NCBI GenBank assembly: GCA_042408195.1
Contig: JBHOQL010000067.1
Span: 11,579 to 75,578, forward strand
Reading direction: 5' to 3'
DNA length: 64,000 bases
Origin: Anaerolineae bacterium
GTDB taxonomy: Bacteria > Chloroflexota > Anaerolineae > SpSt-600
Shown here: positions 36,801 through 46,809 of the stretch, one piece after another
How positions within the stretch are numbered: position 1 is the first letter of the stretch
Layout of the letters: each line of letters starts with the position of its first letter
Translations under genes and position numbers: made by a program
The notes under the pieces: generated by a model
Seen by the model: the letters and a program-made list of their open reading frames with translations, nothing else
What the model was told of the DNA's origin: nothing
Database searches by the model: none

Positions 36801-38294
36801 ATGAAAGCTTACCGCGAAACCATCGTTTCTATCCTCATAGTTTTAAGCATAATTTTGCTTACCTACTGGCTCTTTGGACCTTCAAAAGCGACCGCCACTC
36901 TTCTGTCTGGCCTCACTTTGGCCTCCCTTTATTTCCTTCTGGGTGCAGGTCTCTCCCTAATTTTCGGGCTCATGGATGTGCTGAACTTTGCTCATGGGAT
37001 AATCTTTATGATAGGGGCCTACATAGGCTACACCATCTACGGGAATCCCCGTCTCATCCTCAACACCTTGCCTCTCTTCCTGAACTTGGGGGCTGGTATA
37101 ATTACAGGTATTTTCATCAAGCAATTGCTGAACCGGCAGGGAATTGGAGGAGTAAATGGGCGACTTTTCACCTTTGTCGCAGCTTTCGTAGGCATCGCCG
37201 TTCTAATCTGGGGAGTTAAGGGATTCCCTCTGCGTCCTCTGGTCGCCTTTGAACCCACAACCCCAGGAGGGGCTGTCCCTACTGCTCTCGCTCAAGAACC
37301 GATATCCCGCATGGCAGCGCGCCTTGGATGGATGGCTCTCTCCGGAGTGCTGCTCGGTTTAGCATTGAGGTTCCGGGGGAGAGGGGAAATAAGGTCTAAG
37401 GACTTCGTCCGTTACATTTCTTATGTGCTGGGCCTCACCGCAGCTGCCTTTTCCGTCCTTTTCATTCGCAACATAGCGGAACGGTTCCTTCTAGGACTTT
37501 CCACTGATATTCGCTTTATATTAGCCATGCTTGCCGGTGCTGCTGCCGGGGCTCTAATTGGCGCACTGATTGAAACTTCTTTCATCCGGCCTTTCTACGG
37601 CCGCCCTATCACCCAGATAGTCCTCACCTTAGGGTTAATGTTTGCGGGGGGAGAGCTGGTCAAAGCTATATGGGGAAAAGAAGGCCGTGCTCCAATGCCC
37701 GCCCTTTCCCTGTTTGCCCAAAGCTGCCGTTCCCCTAACCTAATAGCTTGGCTGAGAGAGCATTGCTCTTCTATAGACGTGCTTGGGAGAGCTTTCCCCA
37801 CTTACAGGATTTTCATAATTTTCATTGGCGTGTTAATCCTGATCAGCATTACGCTGCTTTTGCGGTACACCCGTCTCGGGTTGATCGTGCGGGCTGGTGT
37901 TCAGGACAGGGAGATGGTGGAAGCTCTGGGGATCAATGTTCGGCGCGTTTTCACTACGGTCTTCGCCATCGGTTCGGCATTGGCAGCGTTCGGAGGCGTA
38001 GTAGCTGCTCCTTTTGTAGGTGTCTATCCCGATATGGGGGGTATATTCCAGCTGCAAGCTTTCATTGCTGTGGTCATCGGAGGGATGGGGAGTTACACCG
38101 GAACCGCTGTCGGCTCCCTTATCCTGGGGTTAGCCAGGGCGTTCGGTGATACTCTGGTAACCACAGGGATTGCCCTTCCGGGCATGGCCTATGTCTGGCG
38201 AGCTTCTCCGGCCATTGCCCGCGCCTCAATTGTCCTGATAATGGCCATAGTGCTCTTAGTGCGACCTGCCGGCATATTCGGAAAGAAGGGGTAA
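36801..38294 (+). CDS. ABC transporter permease, LivH-like (unusually long, 497 aa)
   Basis: Polytopic with a BPD_transp_2-type composition. It is about 200 aa longer than typical LivH, with extra TM and loop segments in the middle. Confidence 0.7.
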   Translation: MKAYRETIVSILIVLSIILLTYWLFGPSKATATLLSGLTLASLYFLLGAGLSLIFGLMDVLNFAHGIIFMIGAYIGYTIYGNPRLILNTLPLFLNLGAGIITGIFIKQLLNRQGIGGVNGRLFTFVAAFVGIAVLIWGVKGFPLRPLVAFEPTTPGGAVPTALAQEPISRMAARLGWMALSGVLLGLALRFRGRGEIRSKDFVRYISYVLGLTAAAFSVLFIRNIAERFLLGLSTDIRFILAMLAGAAAGALIGALIETSFIRPFYGRPITQIVLTLGLMFAGGELVKAIWGKEGRAPMPALSLFAQSCRSPNLIAWLREHCSSIDVLGRAFPTYRIFIIFIGVLILISITLLLRYTRLGLIVRAGVQDREMVEALGINVRRVFTTVFAIGSALAAFGGVVAAPFVGVYPDMGGIFQLQAFIAVVIGGMGSYTGTAVGSLILGLARAFGDTLVTTGIALPGMAYVWRASPAIARASIVLIMAIVLLVRPAGIFGKKG

Positions 38295-38298
38295 TGCC

Positions 38299-39399
38299 AT
38301 GAGGGAACTCACCCTTAATCTCTTTAAAACCCTGAAAACCTGGCGCTGGAATTTGCTGCTGCTGGCTTTGCTCATCGTTTTCCCTTTCGTTGGAGGATTG
38401 CTCTTAGGCGACCCGGCTGCTGTGGACCCGCACCTAAGGGGGGTTAACCGGATTTTAGCCCTGGCGGAGACGGGATATGCTAAGTTCTGGCAAGGCATGA
38501 TAATCCAAATGCTTATACTGGGTGTCTTCGCCATGAGTTACGATTTGCTCTTGGGCTATACAGGCATACTCTCGTTCGGCCACGCAATGTTCTACGGGAC
38601 TGGGGGTTACGTACTCGGTCTGTTGGTCAAACATGCCCACTGGTCTATATGGGAAGCGATAGGGGCCGTCATCCTCGTAGCGTTGCTCCAGAGCCTCGTT
38701 ATCGGCGCTCTTTCCCTACGGGTGCGAGGTGTTTACTTGGCAATGGTGACTCTGGCCTTTGCTGAATTTTTCTACATCTTGGCCGAAGCCACAGATTTCC
38801 GCCATTACACCGGAGCCGACGATGGCTTGCATGGGATTTACCCGCCGCCGATCTTGAGTCCAACCACCCACCGCACTAACTTCTACTTTTTCACCCTGGC
38901 TTTCTTCATAGTGATGTATCTGGCTGCGCACCGCCTGGTGAACTCACCCACCGGTAAAGTTATGGTAGCTATTCGCGAAAACGAGGCACGCACTGCAATG
39001 CTAGGTTACAACACATTTATTTACAAACTAATAGCCCTTACAGCGTCAGGGACGATGGCTGCGCTGGCCGGTTCCTTCAATGCTCTCTTCAACTTAGGCA
39101 TCACCCCTTCAGTCCTGAGTGTGAGCACCACCATAGAAGTGATAGCAATGACGATAGTTGGTGGGGTGGGAACGCTCATAGGGCCGGTATTAGGGGCGGC
39201 AATTGTGCACCTTCTCGGCTATTGGCTGAACCGGTTCTTCGGCCCGGCCTGGCTGCTTGCTTTTGGAGTTGCCTTCGTGCTTATCGTAATATTCCTTCCT
39301 TACGGAATTGTGGGCACGTGGAGGGCTCGCAGTTTCCAGTGGAAACAAACCTGGCGACGTTATATACAACAGGTCACTTCTCGCTTATCTCTCAAATAA
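38299..39399 (+). CDS. ABC transporter permease, LivM-like
   Basis: 366 aa and polytopic. It is the last gene of the operon and is followed by a terminator. Confidence 0.8.
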   Translation: MRELTLNLFKTLKTWRWNLLLLALLIVFPFVGGLLLGDPAAVDPHLRGVNRILALAETGYAKFWQGMIIQMLILGVFAMSYDLLLGYTGILSFGHAMFYGTGGYVLGLLVKHAHWSIWEAIGAVILVALLQSLVIGALSLRVRGVYLAMVTLAFAEFFYILAEATDFRHYTGADDGLHGIYPPPILSPTTHRTNFYFFTLAFFIVMYLAAHRLVNSPTGKVMVAIRENEARTAMLGYNTFIYKLIALTASGTMAALAGSFNALFNLGITPSVLSVSTTIEVIAMTIVGGVGTLIGPVLGAAIVHLLGYWLNRFFGPAWLLAFGVAFVLIVIFLPYGIVGTWRARSFQWKQTWRRYIQQVTSRLSLK

Positions 39400-39421
39400 C
39401 TGCACTGCTATCAGCTCAAGA

Positions 39422-39457
39422 AGCCAGGAGTTAAAGGCTCCTGGCTTCGTTGTTTTT
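39422..39457 (+). terminator. Rho-independent terminator (9-bp GC-rich stem AGCCAGGAG/CTCCTGGCT, 7-nt loop, U-rich tail)
   Basis: Read from the sequence AGCCAGGAGTTAAAGGCTCCTGGCTTCGTTGTTTTT, about 22 nt after the livM-like stop. Confidence 0.55.
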
Positions 39458-39502
39458 GCTACTCACACCGCCTGGAAGCCTGGTAAAAGGACAGAGAAAA
39501 AT

Positions 39503-39530
39503 TTGCCTATTTTCCCGGGTTAAGTATAAT
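39503..39530 (+). promoter_or_regulatory. Candidate sigma-70-type promoter of the nuo operon (TTGCCT, 16-nt spacer, TATAAT)
   Basis: A -35-like TTGCCT at 39503-39508 and a consensus -10 TATAAT at 39525-39530. The RBS AAAAGGAGGGG precedes the nuoA TTG start at 39571. Confidence 0.4.
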
Positions 39531-39570
39531 ATGAGAGGTTTTTCACGAACTGAAAAGGAGGGGACAAACC

Positions 39571-39927
39571 TTGCTTAACCAGTATCTTTTCGTGGGCATT
39601 CTGATGCTGATGGCTCTAGCGGTTCCCCTGATAGGCATAGGTTTCGCCTGGCTTATACGCCCCAAGAGACCAAACCCCATAAAGCAATCCATATACGAGT
39701 GTGGCCTTGAAACCATCGGCGAAACATGGGTGCAGTTTAAAGTCCAATACTACATCTATGCTCTTATCTTCGCCATCTTCGACGTAGAAATAGCCTTCCT
39801 TCTGCCCTGGGCTGTGGCCTACAACAAACTTGGGCTTGTAGCCCTTTTGGATGTCTTCATCTTCCTTGGTATCCTCTTGGTAGCTCTGGCCTATGCCTGG
39901 CGCAAAGGGGCATTGGTTTGGAGGTGA
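39571..39927 (+). CDS. nuoA: NADH-quinone oxidoreductase subunit A
   Basis: 118 aa with three TM segments. YECGLE and the LPWA motif are typical of NuoA/ND3. The start is probably TTG. Confidence 0.85.
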   Translation: MLNQYLFVGILMLMALAVPLIGIGFAWLIRPKRPNPIKQSIYECGLETIGETWVQFKVQYYIYALIFAIFDVEIAFLLPWAVAYNKLGLVALLDVFIFLGILLVALAYAWRKGALVWR

Positions 39928-39931
39928 AATT

Positions 39932-40444
39932 ATGGCTGAGGAAATCACGGTTCCCCCTGAACTCCGGCGCAACGTCCTTATTACTACGGTGGATAAGATT
40001 TACAACTGGGCTAGAAGGTCATCTCTCTGGCCCTTAACTTTTGGTCTGGCCTGCTGTGCCATAGAAATGATAGCTGCTTCCGCCTCGCGGTACGATATAG
40101 CCCGCTTCGGAGCGGAAGTCTTTCGGGCAACTCCCCGCCAAGCCGATCTCATGATTGTGGCCGGGACGGTAACTCACAAAATGGCCCCTCAGGTCCTGAG
40201 ACTCTACCACCAGATGCCCGAGCCTAAATACGTTATAGCGATGGGTAGTTGTGCCATATCTGGCGGAATCTTTAATTCCTATGCCGTTCTCCAAGGTGTG
40301 GACGAAATCATCCCCGTGGACGTTTACGTCCCTGGTTGCCCTCCCAGGCCTGAAGCCCTGCTGGACGCCCTTATCAAGCTCCAGAAGAAGATTGACCGTC
40401 AGTCCATCCTTACGGTTCCCTGGTACAGGAGGGAGAAAGCATGA
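39932..40444 (+). CDS. nuoB: NADH-quinone oxidoreductase subunit B
   Basis: GLACCAIEM and the CPPRPEAL cysteine motifs for the N2 cluster are present. I chose the internal ATG at 39932 with RBS GGAGGTG. Confidence 0.9.
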   Translation: MAEEITVPPELRRNVLITTVDKIYNWARRSSLWPLTFGLACCAIEMIAASASRYDIARFGAEVFRATPRQADLMIVAGTVTHKMAPQVLRLYHQMPEPKYVIAMGSCAISGGIFNSYAVLQGVDEIIPVDVYVPGCPPRPEALLDALIKLQKKIDRQSILTVPWYRREKA

Positions 40445-40947
40445 TGGAGGAACTCTTCCAACTTCTCAAGGAGAAGTTCCCCGAAGCCGTTTTGGAAATA
40501 CCCGAAGAGGCCAAAGATCCAACCGTTGTCATCCGTAAGGAGCATATCCGAGAAGTCGCCTATTTCCTCAGGGATGAGATCGGTTTCAACTACCTCTCCT
40601 TTATGGCCGGCGTTGACTTTCCCGAAAGGTTTGAGGTAGTTTATTACCTTTACTCAATGGGACGAGAACCCATCATCAGCAACCTTGGCCCGTTAGCTCT
40701 CAAGGTCTACGTTGAAGACAAAGCTAATCCCTCTCTTCCAACCGTAAGCGATATCTGGCCCAGTGCCTTTCAGCAAGAGCAAGAAATCTACGATTTATTC
40801 GGCATTGTCTTTGAAGGCCACCCGGATCTCAGGAGGATATTCATGTGGGAAGGCTTCCCGGGCTGGCCGCTGCGGAAGGATTTTGAGAACCGACTTTTCA
40901 CTTTCAAGGAGCTGGAGCCCACCAGACCAAAAGCTCCCCAATGGTAA
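40441..40947 (+). CDS. nuoC: NADH-quinone oxidoreductase subunit C
   Basis: 168 aa with 30-kDa-subunit-like composition. It is positioned between nuoB and nuoD. Confidence 0.8.
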   Translation: MMEELFQLLKEKFPEAVLEIPEEAKDPTVVIRKEHIREVAYFLRDEIGFNYLSFMAGVDFPERFEVVYYLYSMGREPIISNLGPLALKVYVEDKANPSLPTVSDIWPSAFQQEQEIYDLFGIVFEGHPDLRRIFMWEGFPGWPLRKDFENRLFTFKELEPTRPKAPQW

Positions 40948-40962
40948 CGGAGGAAAAGACTC

Positions 40963-42072
40963 ATGGCGGTTGCCCTTAAAACTCAGGAAATTATCCTCAA
41001 CATGGGGCCTCAACACCCCAGCACTCACGGGGTGTTCCGCATGGTCCTGACCCTGGAAGGGGAAACCATCGTGGACTTGAAGCCTGTCTACGGCTACCTC
41101 CACCGAGGGATTGAGAAGCTGAGCGAAGGCCGCTCCTACCTCCAGGCTGTCCCGATGACTGACCGCCTCGACTACATGTGTGCTATGACCAACGAGTTCG
41201 CCTATGCGGTGGCCGTGGAGAAGCTGGCCGGGATCAAACCCCCGGAGAGGGCCGAATACATAAGAGTCATCATGGCCGAATTTACTCGAATCCTGAACCA
41301 CATGATGGCTATCGGCTTTCTCTTCAACGACCTTGGCGCATATTTCACCCCTGTCCTTTACGGCTTCAGGGCCAGGGAACATATATTGGATCTCTTTGAA
41401 TGGGTTTCGGGCTCGCGAATGATGCCAAACTACATCCGCCCCGGTGGAGTAGCTGGTGACCTCCCTGACGGCTTCATCCCGCAGGCCAAAAAGTTAGTGA
41501 GCCACCTCTGGAAGTTCGCCGATGAGCTGGATACTTTCCTGTCTGAAAATGAAATCTTCCTCCAGCGCGCAAGAGGGGTAGGAGTACTCCCTCCCGATGT
41601 GGCCATAGCTTATGGAGTTACGGGTCCTGTCCTTAGGGCCTCGGGGGTCAAGTACGATGTCCGTCGAGCTGAGCCTTACTCCGTATACGACCGCTTTGAT
41701 TTCGAAATCCCCACCCTTCCAAATGGCGATGTCTACGACCGGTATATGGTAAGGCTTCTGGAGTGGAAGCAGAGCCTGCGCATCTTGGAGCAGGCCCTTG
41801 ACCAAATTCCCGAGGGTCCTGTTTCAGAGAAAGTCCCCAGGAGATTGCGCCCACCCAAAGGAGAGGTATACGGCCGGATTGAGGCCCCTAAAGGCGAGCT
41901 CGGGTTTTACTTAGTGAGCGACGGTTCCGATAAGCCCTACCGTTTCAAGGTCCGCCCTACCTCCTTTGTAAACCTGGGGGTCATGAGGGAAATAACTGTG
42001 GGCCATAAGGTGGCCGACGTGGTCATAATCCTGGGTAGCATTGACATAACCATGGGAGAGGTGGACCGATGA
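40963..42072 (+). CDS. nuoD: NADH-quinone oxidoreductase subunit D
   Basis: N-terminal [22 protein letters not shown] is the 49-kDa-subunit signature. Confidence 0.9.
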   Translation: MAVALKTQEIILNMGPQHPSTHGVFRMVLTLEGETIVDLKPVYGYLHRGIEKLSEGRSYLQAVPMTDRLDYMCAMTNEFAYAVAVEKLAGIKPPERAEYIRVIMAEFTRILNHMMAIGFLFNDLGAYFTPVLYGFRAREHILDLFEWVSGSRMMPNYIRPGGVAGDLPDGFIPQAKKLVSHLWKFADELDTFLSENEIFLQRARGVGVLPPDVAIAYGVTGPVLRASGVKYDVRRAEPYSVYDRFDFEIPTLPNGDVYDRYMVRLLEWKQSLRILEQALDQIPEGPVSEKVPRRLRPPKGEVYGRIEAPKGELGFYLVSDGSDKPYRFKVRPTSFVNLGVMREITVGHKVADVVIILGSIDITMGEVDR

Positions 42073-43202
42073 TAGACTTGGAAAACATCTTCCCTTACCT
42101 GGGAGAACTCATAACCCGCTGGCTCAAAGGTTTTCTCCCTGCTTGGCTTGCTGACGTGATAATGATGGTGGTAGTGGGCTTGCTCATCATACTTCTGATG
42201 GTGGTAGTGGTCATGGCCATGACCCTGCTGGAGCGAAAGATTCTGGGGAGGCTCCAGGACAGACTTGGCCCCAACAGGGTAGGTCCCTACGGCCTAATCC
42301 AGCCTATCGCTGATGTGCTCAAACTCTTGATAAAAGAGGATATAGTCCCAGAAAAGGCTGACAAGCTTCTCCACTTCTTGGCGCCAGTCATAATAGTCGT
42401 GCCAGCTTTCATGGTCTGGGCTGTGATGCCTTTCGGCAAGAAGCTCGTAGCTGCTGATCTCAACATAGCTGTACTCTACGTCATCGCCTTGGGTTCCGTT
42501 ACTTCTATAGCCATCCTTATGGCTGGATGGGGTTCGGGTAACAAATATGCCTTACTGGGGGGATTCAGGGCAGTGGCCCAACTTTTCAGCTACGAAGTTC
42601 CAATGGCTCTGGCTGTCTTAAGCGTCGTAATGGCTGCGGGCTCTATGTCTCTTCAGAAAATCGTGGAAGCGCAGAGTCCTCTGCCTTTCCTCTTTCTCCA
42701 GCCTGTGGCTTTCTTTATTTACTTTATCTGTGGCATTGCCGAGACCAACCGGAGCCCCTTTGACCTACCGGAGGCTGAGTCAGAAATAATTGCCGGCTAC
42801 CACATCGAATATTCGGGAGTTAAGTGGGCTATGTTCTTCTTGGCCGAATATACCAACACTTTCGCCGTCTCGGCCATGGTGGTCACCCTCTTTCTCGGTG
42901 GATGGAGGGGACCGGTGCTTCCCTCTTATGTTTGGTTCTTCATCAAGGTAGCGATAGTAGTCTACGTTTTCTTCTGGCTCAGGGCTACCTTCCCCCGCCT
43001 CAGGATAGACCAGCTCCTCAATTTCTCTTGGAAGTTCTTGGTCCCTCTGGCTCTGGCTAACCTTCTGGTGACCGGCCTTGCGGTCAAGCTGGGGATCGGC
43101 TACTGGGGCAAGGTGATAGTATTCTGGGCTGGAAACCTTCTGGCCGGCGGACTGGCTTTATACCTTCTCGGCCGTTTTACCCCCAAGAGGGCTTTAGCCT
43201 AA
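42069..43202 (+). CDS. nuoH: NADH-quinone oxidoreductase subunit H
   Basis: [33 protein letters not shown] is the conserved ND1 N-terminus. Confidence 0.9.
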   Translation: MIDLENIFPYLGELITRWLKGFLPAWLADVIMMVVVGLLIILLMVVVVMAMTLLERKILGRLQDRLGPNRVGPYGLIQPIADVLKLLIKEDIVPEKADKLLHFLAPVIIVVPAFMVWAVMPFGKKLVAADLNIAVLYVIALGSVTSIAILMAGWGSGNKYALLGGFRAVAQLFSYEVPMALAVLSVVMAAGSMSLQKIVEAQSPLPFLFLQPVAFFIYFICGIAETNRSPFDLPEAESEIIAGYHIEYSGVKWAMFFLAEYTNTFAVSAMVVTLFLGGWRGPVLPSYVWFFIKVAIVVYVFFWLRATFPRLRIDQLLNFSWKFLVPLALANLLVTGLAVKLGIGYWGKVIVFWAGNLLAGGLALYLLGRFTPKRALA

Positions 43203-43218
43203 AGGCGAGGGATGGAAA

Positions 43219-43743
43219 ATGTTCGGATTGGGGCTTCTCAAAGGGCTTTACACGACTTTTAAACACGGCGTTTTGACTTTCTTCAAGGGTTACAAGCACC
43301 CGTTCCCAAAACGCTATTTCACCAAAGGGCCTGTTCCCAGACTGGAACCGGAAGGGGTTGGCCTTTTCACGCTTCAGTATCCTGAAGAAAGGTACGCCAT
43401 GTTCCCCCGCTTCAGGGGAGTTCTCATGCACCTAAGGGATCCGGAGACAGGCCAGCCCAGGTGTACTGCTTGTGGGGCTTGTGCTCTGGCTTGCCCTCAC
43501 GGGGTTATTGAGGTTATAGCGGAAGGGAAGGGCAAGGAGAGGAAACTTGTGGATTACAAATACAACCTTGGTAGGTGCATTTTCTGTCGGCTTTGCGTGG
43601 AATCTTGCCCTTATGGTGCTATTGAAATGAGCCATGAGTACGAGCTAGCTGTTTACGAGAATAAGATGGTGCTAAACCTTGAGGATTTGCTCAAAATTGG
43701 TGACCGAAGCGGGATAACTGAAGCAGGATGGGCCTGGAAATAA
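43219..43743 (+). CDS. nuoI: NADH-quinone oxidoreductase subunit I (2x[4Fe-4S])
   Basis: Two CxxCxxCxxxCP motifs are present (CTACGACALACP and CIFCRLCVESCP). Confidence 0.9.
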   Translation: MFGLGLLKGLYTTFKHGVLTFFKGYKHPFPKRYFTKGPVPRLEPEGVGLFTLQYPEERYAMFPRFRGVLMHLRDPETGQPRCTACGACALACPHGVIEVIAEGKGKERKLVDYKYNLGRCIFCRLCVESCPYGAIEMSHEYELAVYENKMVLNLEDLLKIGDRSGITEAGWAWK

Positions 43744-43759
43744 CTTTGGGGGTAGCATT

Positions 43760-44248
43760 ATGGGGATGCAAATAGCCTTTTTCCTTTTCAGCCTGATCGC
43801 AGTAATCGGGGCTTTGTTGGTGGTGACCACCAGGAGACTATTCCACAGTGCTCTTGCTTTGGTCCTTTCCTTTGTGGGAGTAGCTGGCCTCTACATCCTC
43901 CTGGAAGCTGAATTCTTGGCAGCCATCCAGATACTCATCTATGTGGGGGCCATTGCCCTCCTAATCCTATTCGCCATAATGCTGACGAGGCACCTCATGG
44001 ATCCTAAGGCCAGGGCTTTCAACGAGCAATGGTGGATCGCAGCCCTGGTGGCAGGTCTCTTATTTGTGGTCCTCTTGGCCATGATATGGAGGGTTCCGTG
44101 GCCTGTTAAGGAAGTGACTGCCCCTCATAACGTCATAGAAAACCTTGGTGCCTCTTTTGTGGGGGAGTATCTTGTCCCCTTCGAGGTAGTTTCCATCTTA
44201 CTGATGGCCGCCCTTATAGGGGCCATAATTATCGCCCGGGAGAGGTAA
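43760..44248 (+). CDS. nuoJ: NADH-quinone oxidoreductase subunit J
   Basis: 162 aa with five TM segments. Its position fits ND6. Confidence 0.8.
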   Translation: MGMQIAFFLFSLIAVIGALLVVTTRRLFHSALALVLSFVGVAGLYILLEAEFLAAIQILIYVGAIALLILFAIMLTRHLMDPKARAFNEQWWIAALVAGLLFVVLLAMIWRVPWPVKEVTAPHNVIENLGASFVGEYLVPFEVVSILLMAALIGAIIIARER

Positions 44249-44251
44249 GAA

Positions 44252-44560
44252 ATGATTCCTCTGAGCTGGTATTTAATTGTAGCAGCTGCCCTTTTCTGCA
44301 TTGGACTCTATGGAGTGCTGGCCCGCCGCAATGCTATTGGGATCCTGATGGGCGTGGAGCTAATGCTTAACGCTGTTAACCTAAACTTGGTGGCCTTTTG
44401 GCGTTATATTAACCCTACTGACCTTTCTGGCCTTGCATTTGCCATCTTTGTCATTGCCGTAGCAGCAGCCGAGGCAGCTGTCGGCTTGGCCATAATTATC
44501 TCCATTTACCGTACCCGTGATACGGTGAACGTAGAAGAAGTTGATCTGCTGCGAGGTTAA
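44252..44560 (+). CDS. nuoK: NADH-quinone oxidoreductase subunit K
   Basis: 102 aa with three TM segments. The conserved Glu residues are in TM helices ([12 protein letters not shown]). Confidence 0.85.
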   Translation: MIPLSWYLIVAAALFCIGLYGVLARRNAIGILMGVELMLNAVNLNLVAFWRYINPTDLSGLAFAIFVIAVAAAEAAVGLAIIISIYRTRDTVNVEEVDLLRG

Positions 44561-44722
44561 GGTGGAAAGAGGAGAAGTACTCGGTAGGCTCAGGGAGTTT
44601 CTGGAGCGGGGGGAAGGGATAATTTTTGCTTATCCCTTGAGGTGTTCAGCTTTGCCTGTGAGGATTTGGGCGATTTTGAGGCCTTTTTGCAATTTATGAG
44701 CACTCTTTTAAGGAGGCAGTGA

Positions 44723-46777
44723 ATGGAGGGGATTTTCTTCCTCAAACTGGTTTGGCTGATACCCCTTATACCTCTGGCTTCTTTCTGGATTATCGTCCTC
44801 TTCGCTAACCCCAGTAAAAGGCTCAGTCATTCCGTGGCCATAGGTGGCATTGCTCTGGCATGGCTCCTTTCCTGGGGCGCCCTTTACGAGGGGATAAAGC
44901 ATCACGTGGGGGCCGGTGAAAAGGCTTTCCACTTGAGCTGGAATTGGTTTCCCACCGGCCTAAGCTGGTTCAAAATGGGGGTTATAGTGGACCCCCTGAC
45001 CCTGGCTATGCTTTTCATGGTTCCTTTTGTTTGTCTCCTCATCTTCATTTACTCCGTCGGTTACATGCACGGTGACCCCCGCTACTCTCGTTACTTTGCC
45101 TATATTTCCCTCTTCGCCTGTGGGATGTTGGGCATGATCCTGGCTGATAACCTTCTCATGCTGATGGTTTTTTGGGAGGTCATGGGTCTCTGTTCTTACC
45201 TTTTAATAGGCTTTTGGTTTGAAAAACCCTCGGCGATGCGGGCTGGTCTAAAGGCTTTCATCACTACCCGCATTGGTGACGTAATGATGCTCTTGGGAAT
45301 TGTCTACCTTTATTCCCGCACTGGCTCCCTGACCTACACCGAGATTTTCAAGCCGGAAGTTTTGGAAGAGCTAGCCCATTCCACGGTGGCACTACCACTG
45401 CTAGGTGAGCTCCCTGTGGCCACGGTGATAGCGATGCTACTCTTCGGCGGGGCGGTGGGCAAAAGCGCCCAGTTCCCGCTCCACGTGTGGTTGCCTGATG
45501 CAATGGAAGGCCCCACCCCTGTCAGTGCCCTGATCCACGCTGCCACCATGGTGGCAGCAGGTGTCTACCTCGTGGCTCGCTCTTTCCCACTTTTCTCCGT
45601 TGTAGAGCACGGGCCTCAGCTCGGTCTTGTGGCCTTTATCGGTGCCTTCACTGCTTTCTTCGCTTCCACCATAGCCATCGCCCAGAACGATATAAAGCGA
45701 GTGCTGGCTTATTCCACCATAAGCCAGCTTGGTTACATGATTGCGGCTCTGGGGGTGGGAGCTTATGTGGCTGCTGTCTTTCACCTTATAACTCACGCCT
45801 TCTTCAAGGCTTTACTTTTCCTGGGTTCCGGTTCCGTCATCATTGGCACTCACCACGAAATGGACATGATGAAGATGGGCGGACTTCGCAAGCGGATGCC
45901 CATCACTTTTTGGACTTTCCTGATGGGAACACTGGCACTGGCTGGCATCCCGCCCTGGGCTGGATTTTGGAGCAAGGATGAAATTATCGGCCACGCTTTC
46001 CACCATGCCTCCGAGACAGGATTCCTCTCTTGGCCTGGCTTTGTCTGGATTATGGGCACGTTGGCGGCTTTCCTGACAGCTTTCTACATGGGTCGCCAGG
46101 TTTTCCTGACCTTCGCTGGGGAACCTCGCAGCCATCACGCTGAGAAGGCCCATGAAACTCCGTGGGTGATGACTGTACCCCTCATAATTCTTGCCTTCTT
46201 CTCCACTTTCTTGGGCTTCATAGGGGTACCTCACGATTTCCCAGTCCTTGGTCCGCTTCTCAACAATCCATTTCACCACCTTGTCGGAAAGGAATTCCCG
46301 GCTGTTCCCCTTAACTTCGGAGTGATGGGCCTTTCAGTACTCATGGGCTTTTCCGGCCTCGCTCTCTCTTGGGTTGTCTACGGCCGCAAGCCTCTCAAGG
46401 CTGGCCAGCCCGATCCCCTTTCCATCTCTCTCGGACCGATCTACACCGTCCTCAAGAACAAGTACTACATTGACGAGTTCTATCAGGCTACTGTCATCCG
46501 CTTCGCTCTGTGGCTCTCTGAGACCCTCTTCAAGTTTGACGATCGCTGGATCATTGACCCAATAGTGGATGGGGTCGGCAAGCTGGGCAGGAGGCTTTCA
46601 GAACTGGGAGGCATATTTGATCTCAAGGTTGTGGATGGGATCGTGAACGGTTTGGGGAAAGTCACCTCAGCTTTCGGAGGCCTGCTCCGTCTCACTCAGA
46701 CGGGTAAAGCCCAGAATTACCTTCTGGTGGCGGTCCTTACGGTGCTGATGCTTCTCGGGATATACATGGTGATATAA
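44723..46777 (+). CDS. nuoL: NADH-quinone oxidoreductase subunit L
   Basis: 684 aa antiporter-like subunit with the long C-terminal helix region. Motifs include WLPDAMEGPTPVSALIHAATMV. Confidence 0.9.
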   Translation: MEGIFFLKLVWLIPLIPLASFWIIVLFANPSKRLSHSVAIGGIALAWLLSWGALYEGIKHHVGAGEKAFHLSWNWFPTGLSWFKMGVIVDPLTLAMLFMVPFVCLLIFIYSVGYMHGDPRYSRYFAYISLFACGMLGMILADNLLMLMVFWEVMGLCSYLLIGFWFEKPSAMRAGLKAFITTRIGDVMMLLGIVYLYSRTGSLTYTEIFKPEVLEELAHSTVALPLLGELPVATVIAMLLFGGAVGKSAQFPLHVWLPDAMEGPTPVSALIHAATMVAAGVYLVARSFPLFSVVEHGPQLGLVAFIGAFTAFFASTIAIAQNDIKRVLAYSTISQLGYMIAALGVGAYVAAVFHLITHAFFKALLFLGSGSVIIGTHHEMDMMKMGGLRKRMPITFWTFLMGTLALAGIPPWAGFWSKDEIIGHAFHHASETGFLSWPGFVWIMGTLAAFLTAFYMGRQVFLTFAGEPRSHHAEKAHETPWVMTVPLIILAFFSTFLGFIGVPHDFPVLGPLLNNPFHHLVGKEFPAVPLNFGVMGLSVLMGFSGLALSWVVYGRKPLKAGQPDPLSISLGPIYTVLKNKYYIDEFYQATVIRFALWLSETLFKFDDRWIIDPIVDGVGKLGRRLSELGGIFDLKVVDGIVNGLGKVTSAFGGLLRLTQTGKAQNYLLVAVLTVLMLLGIYMVI

Positions 46778-46809
46778 AGCCGAAATCCCTGAAAAAGGAG
46801 GCTTGAGAA

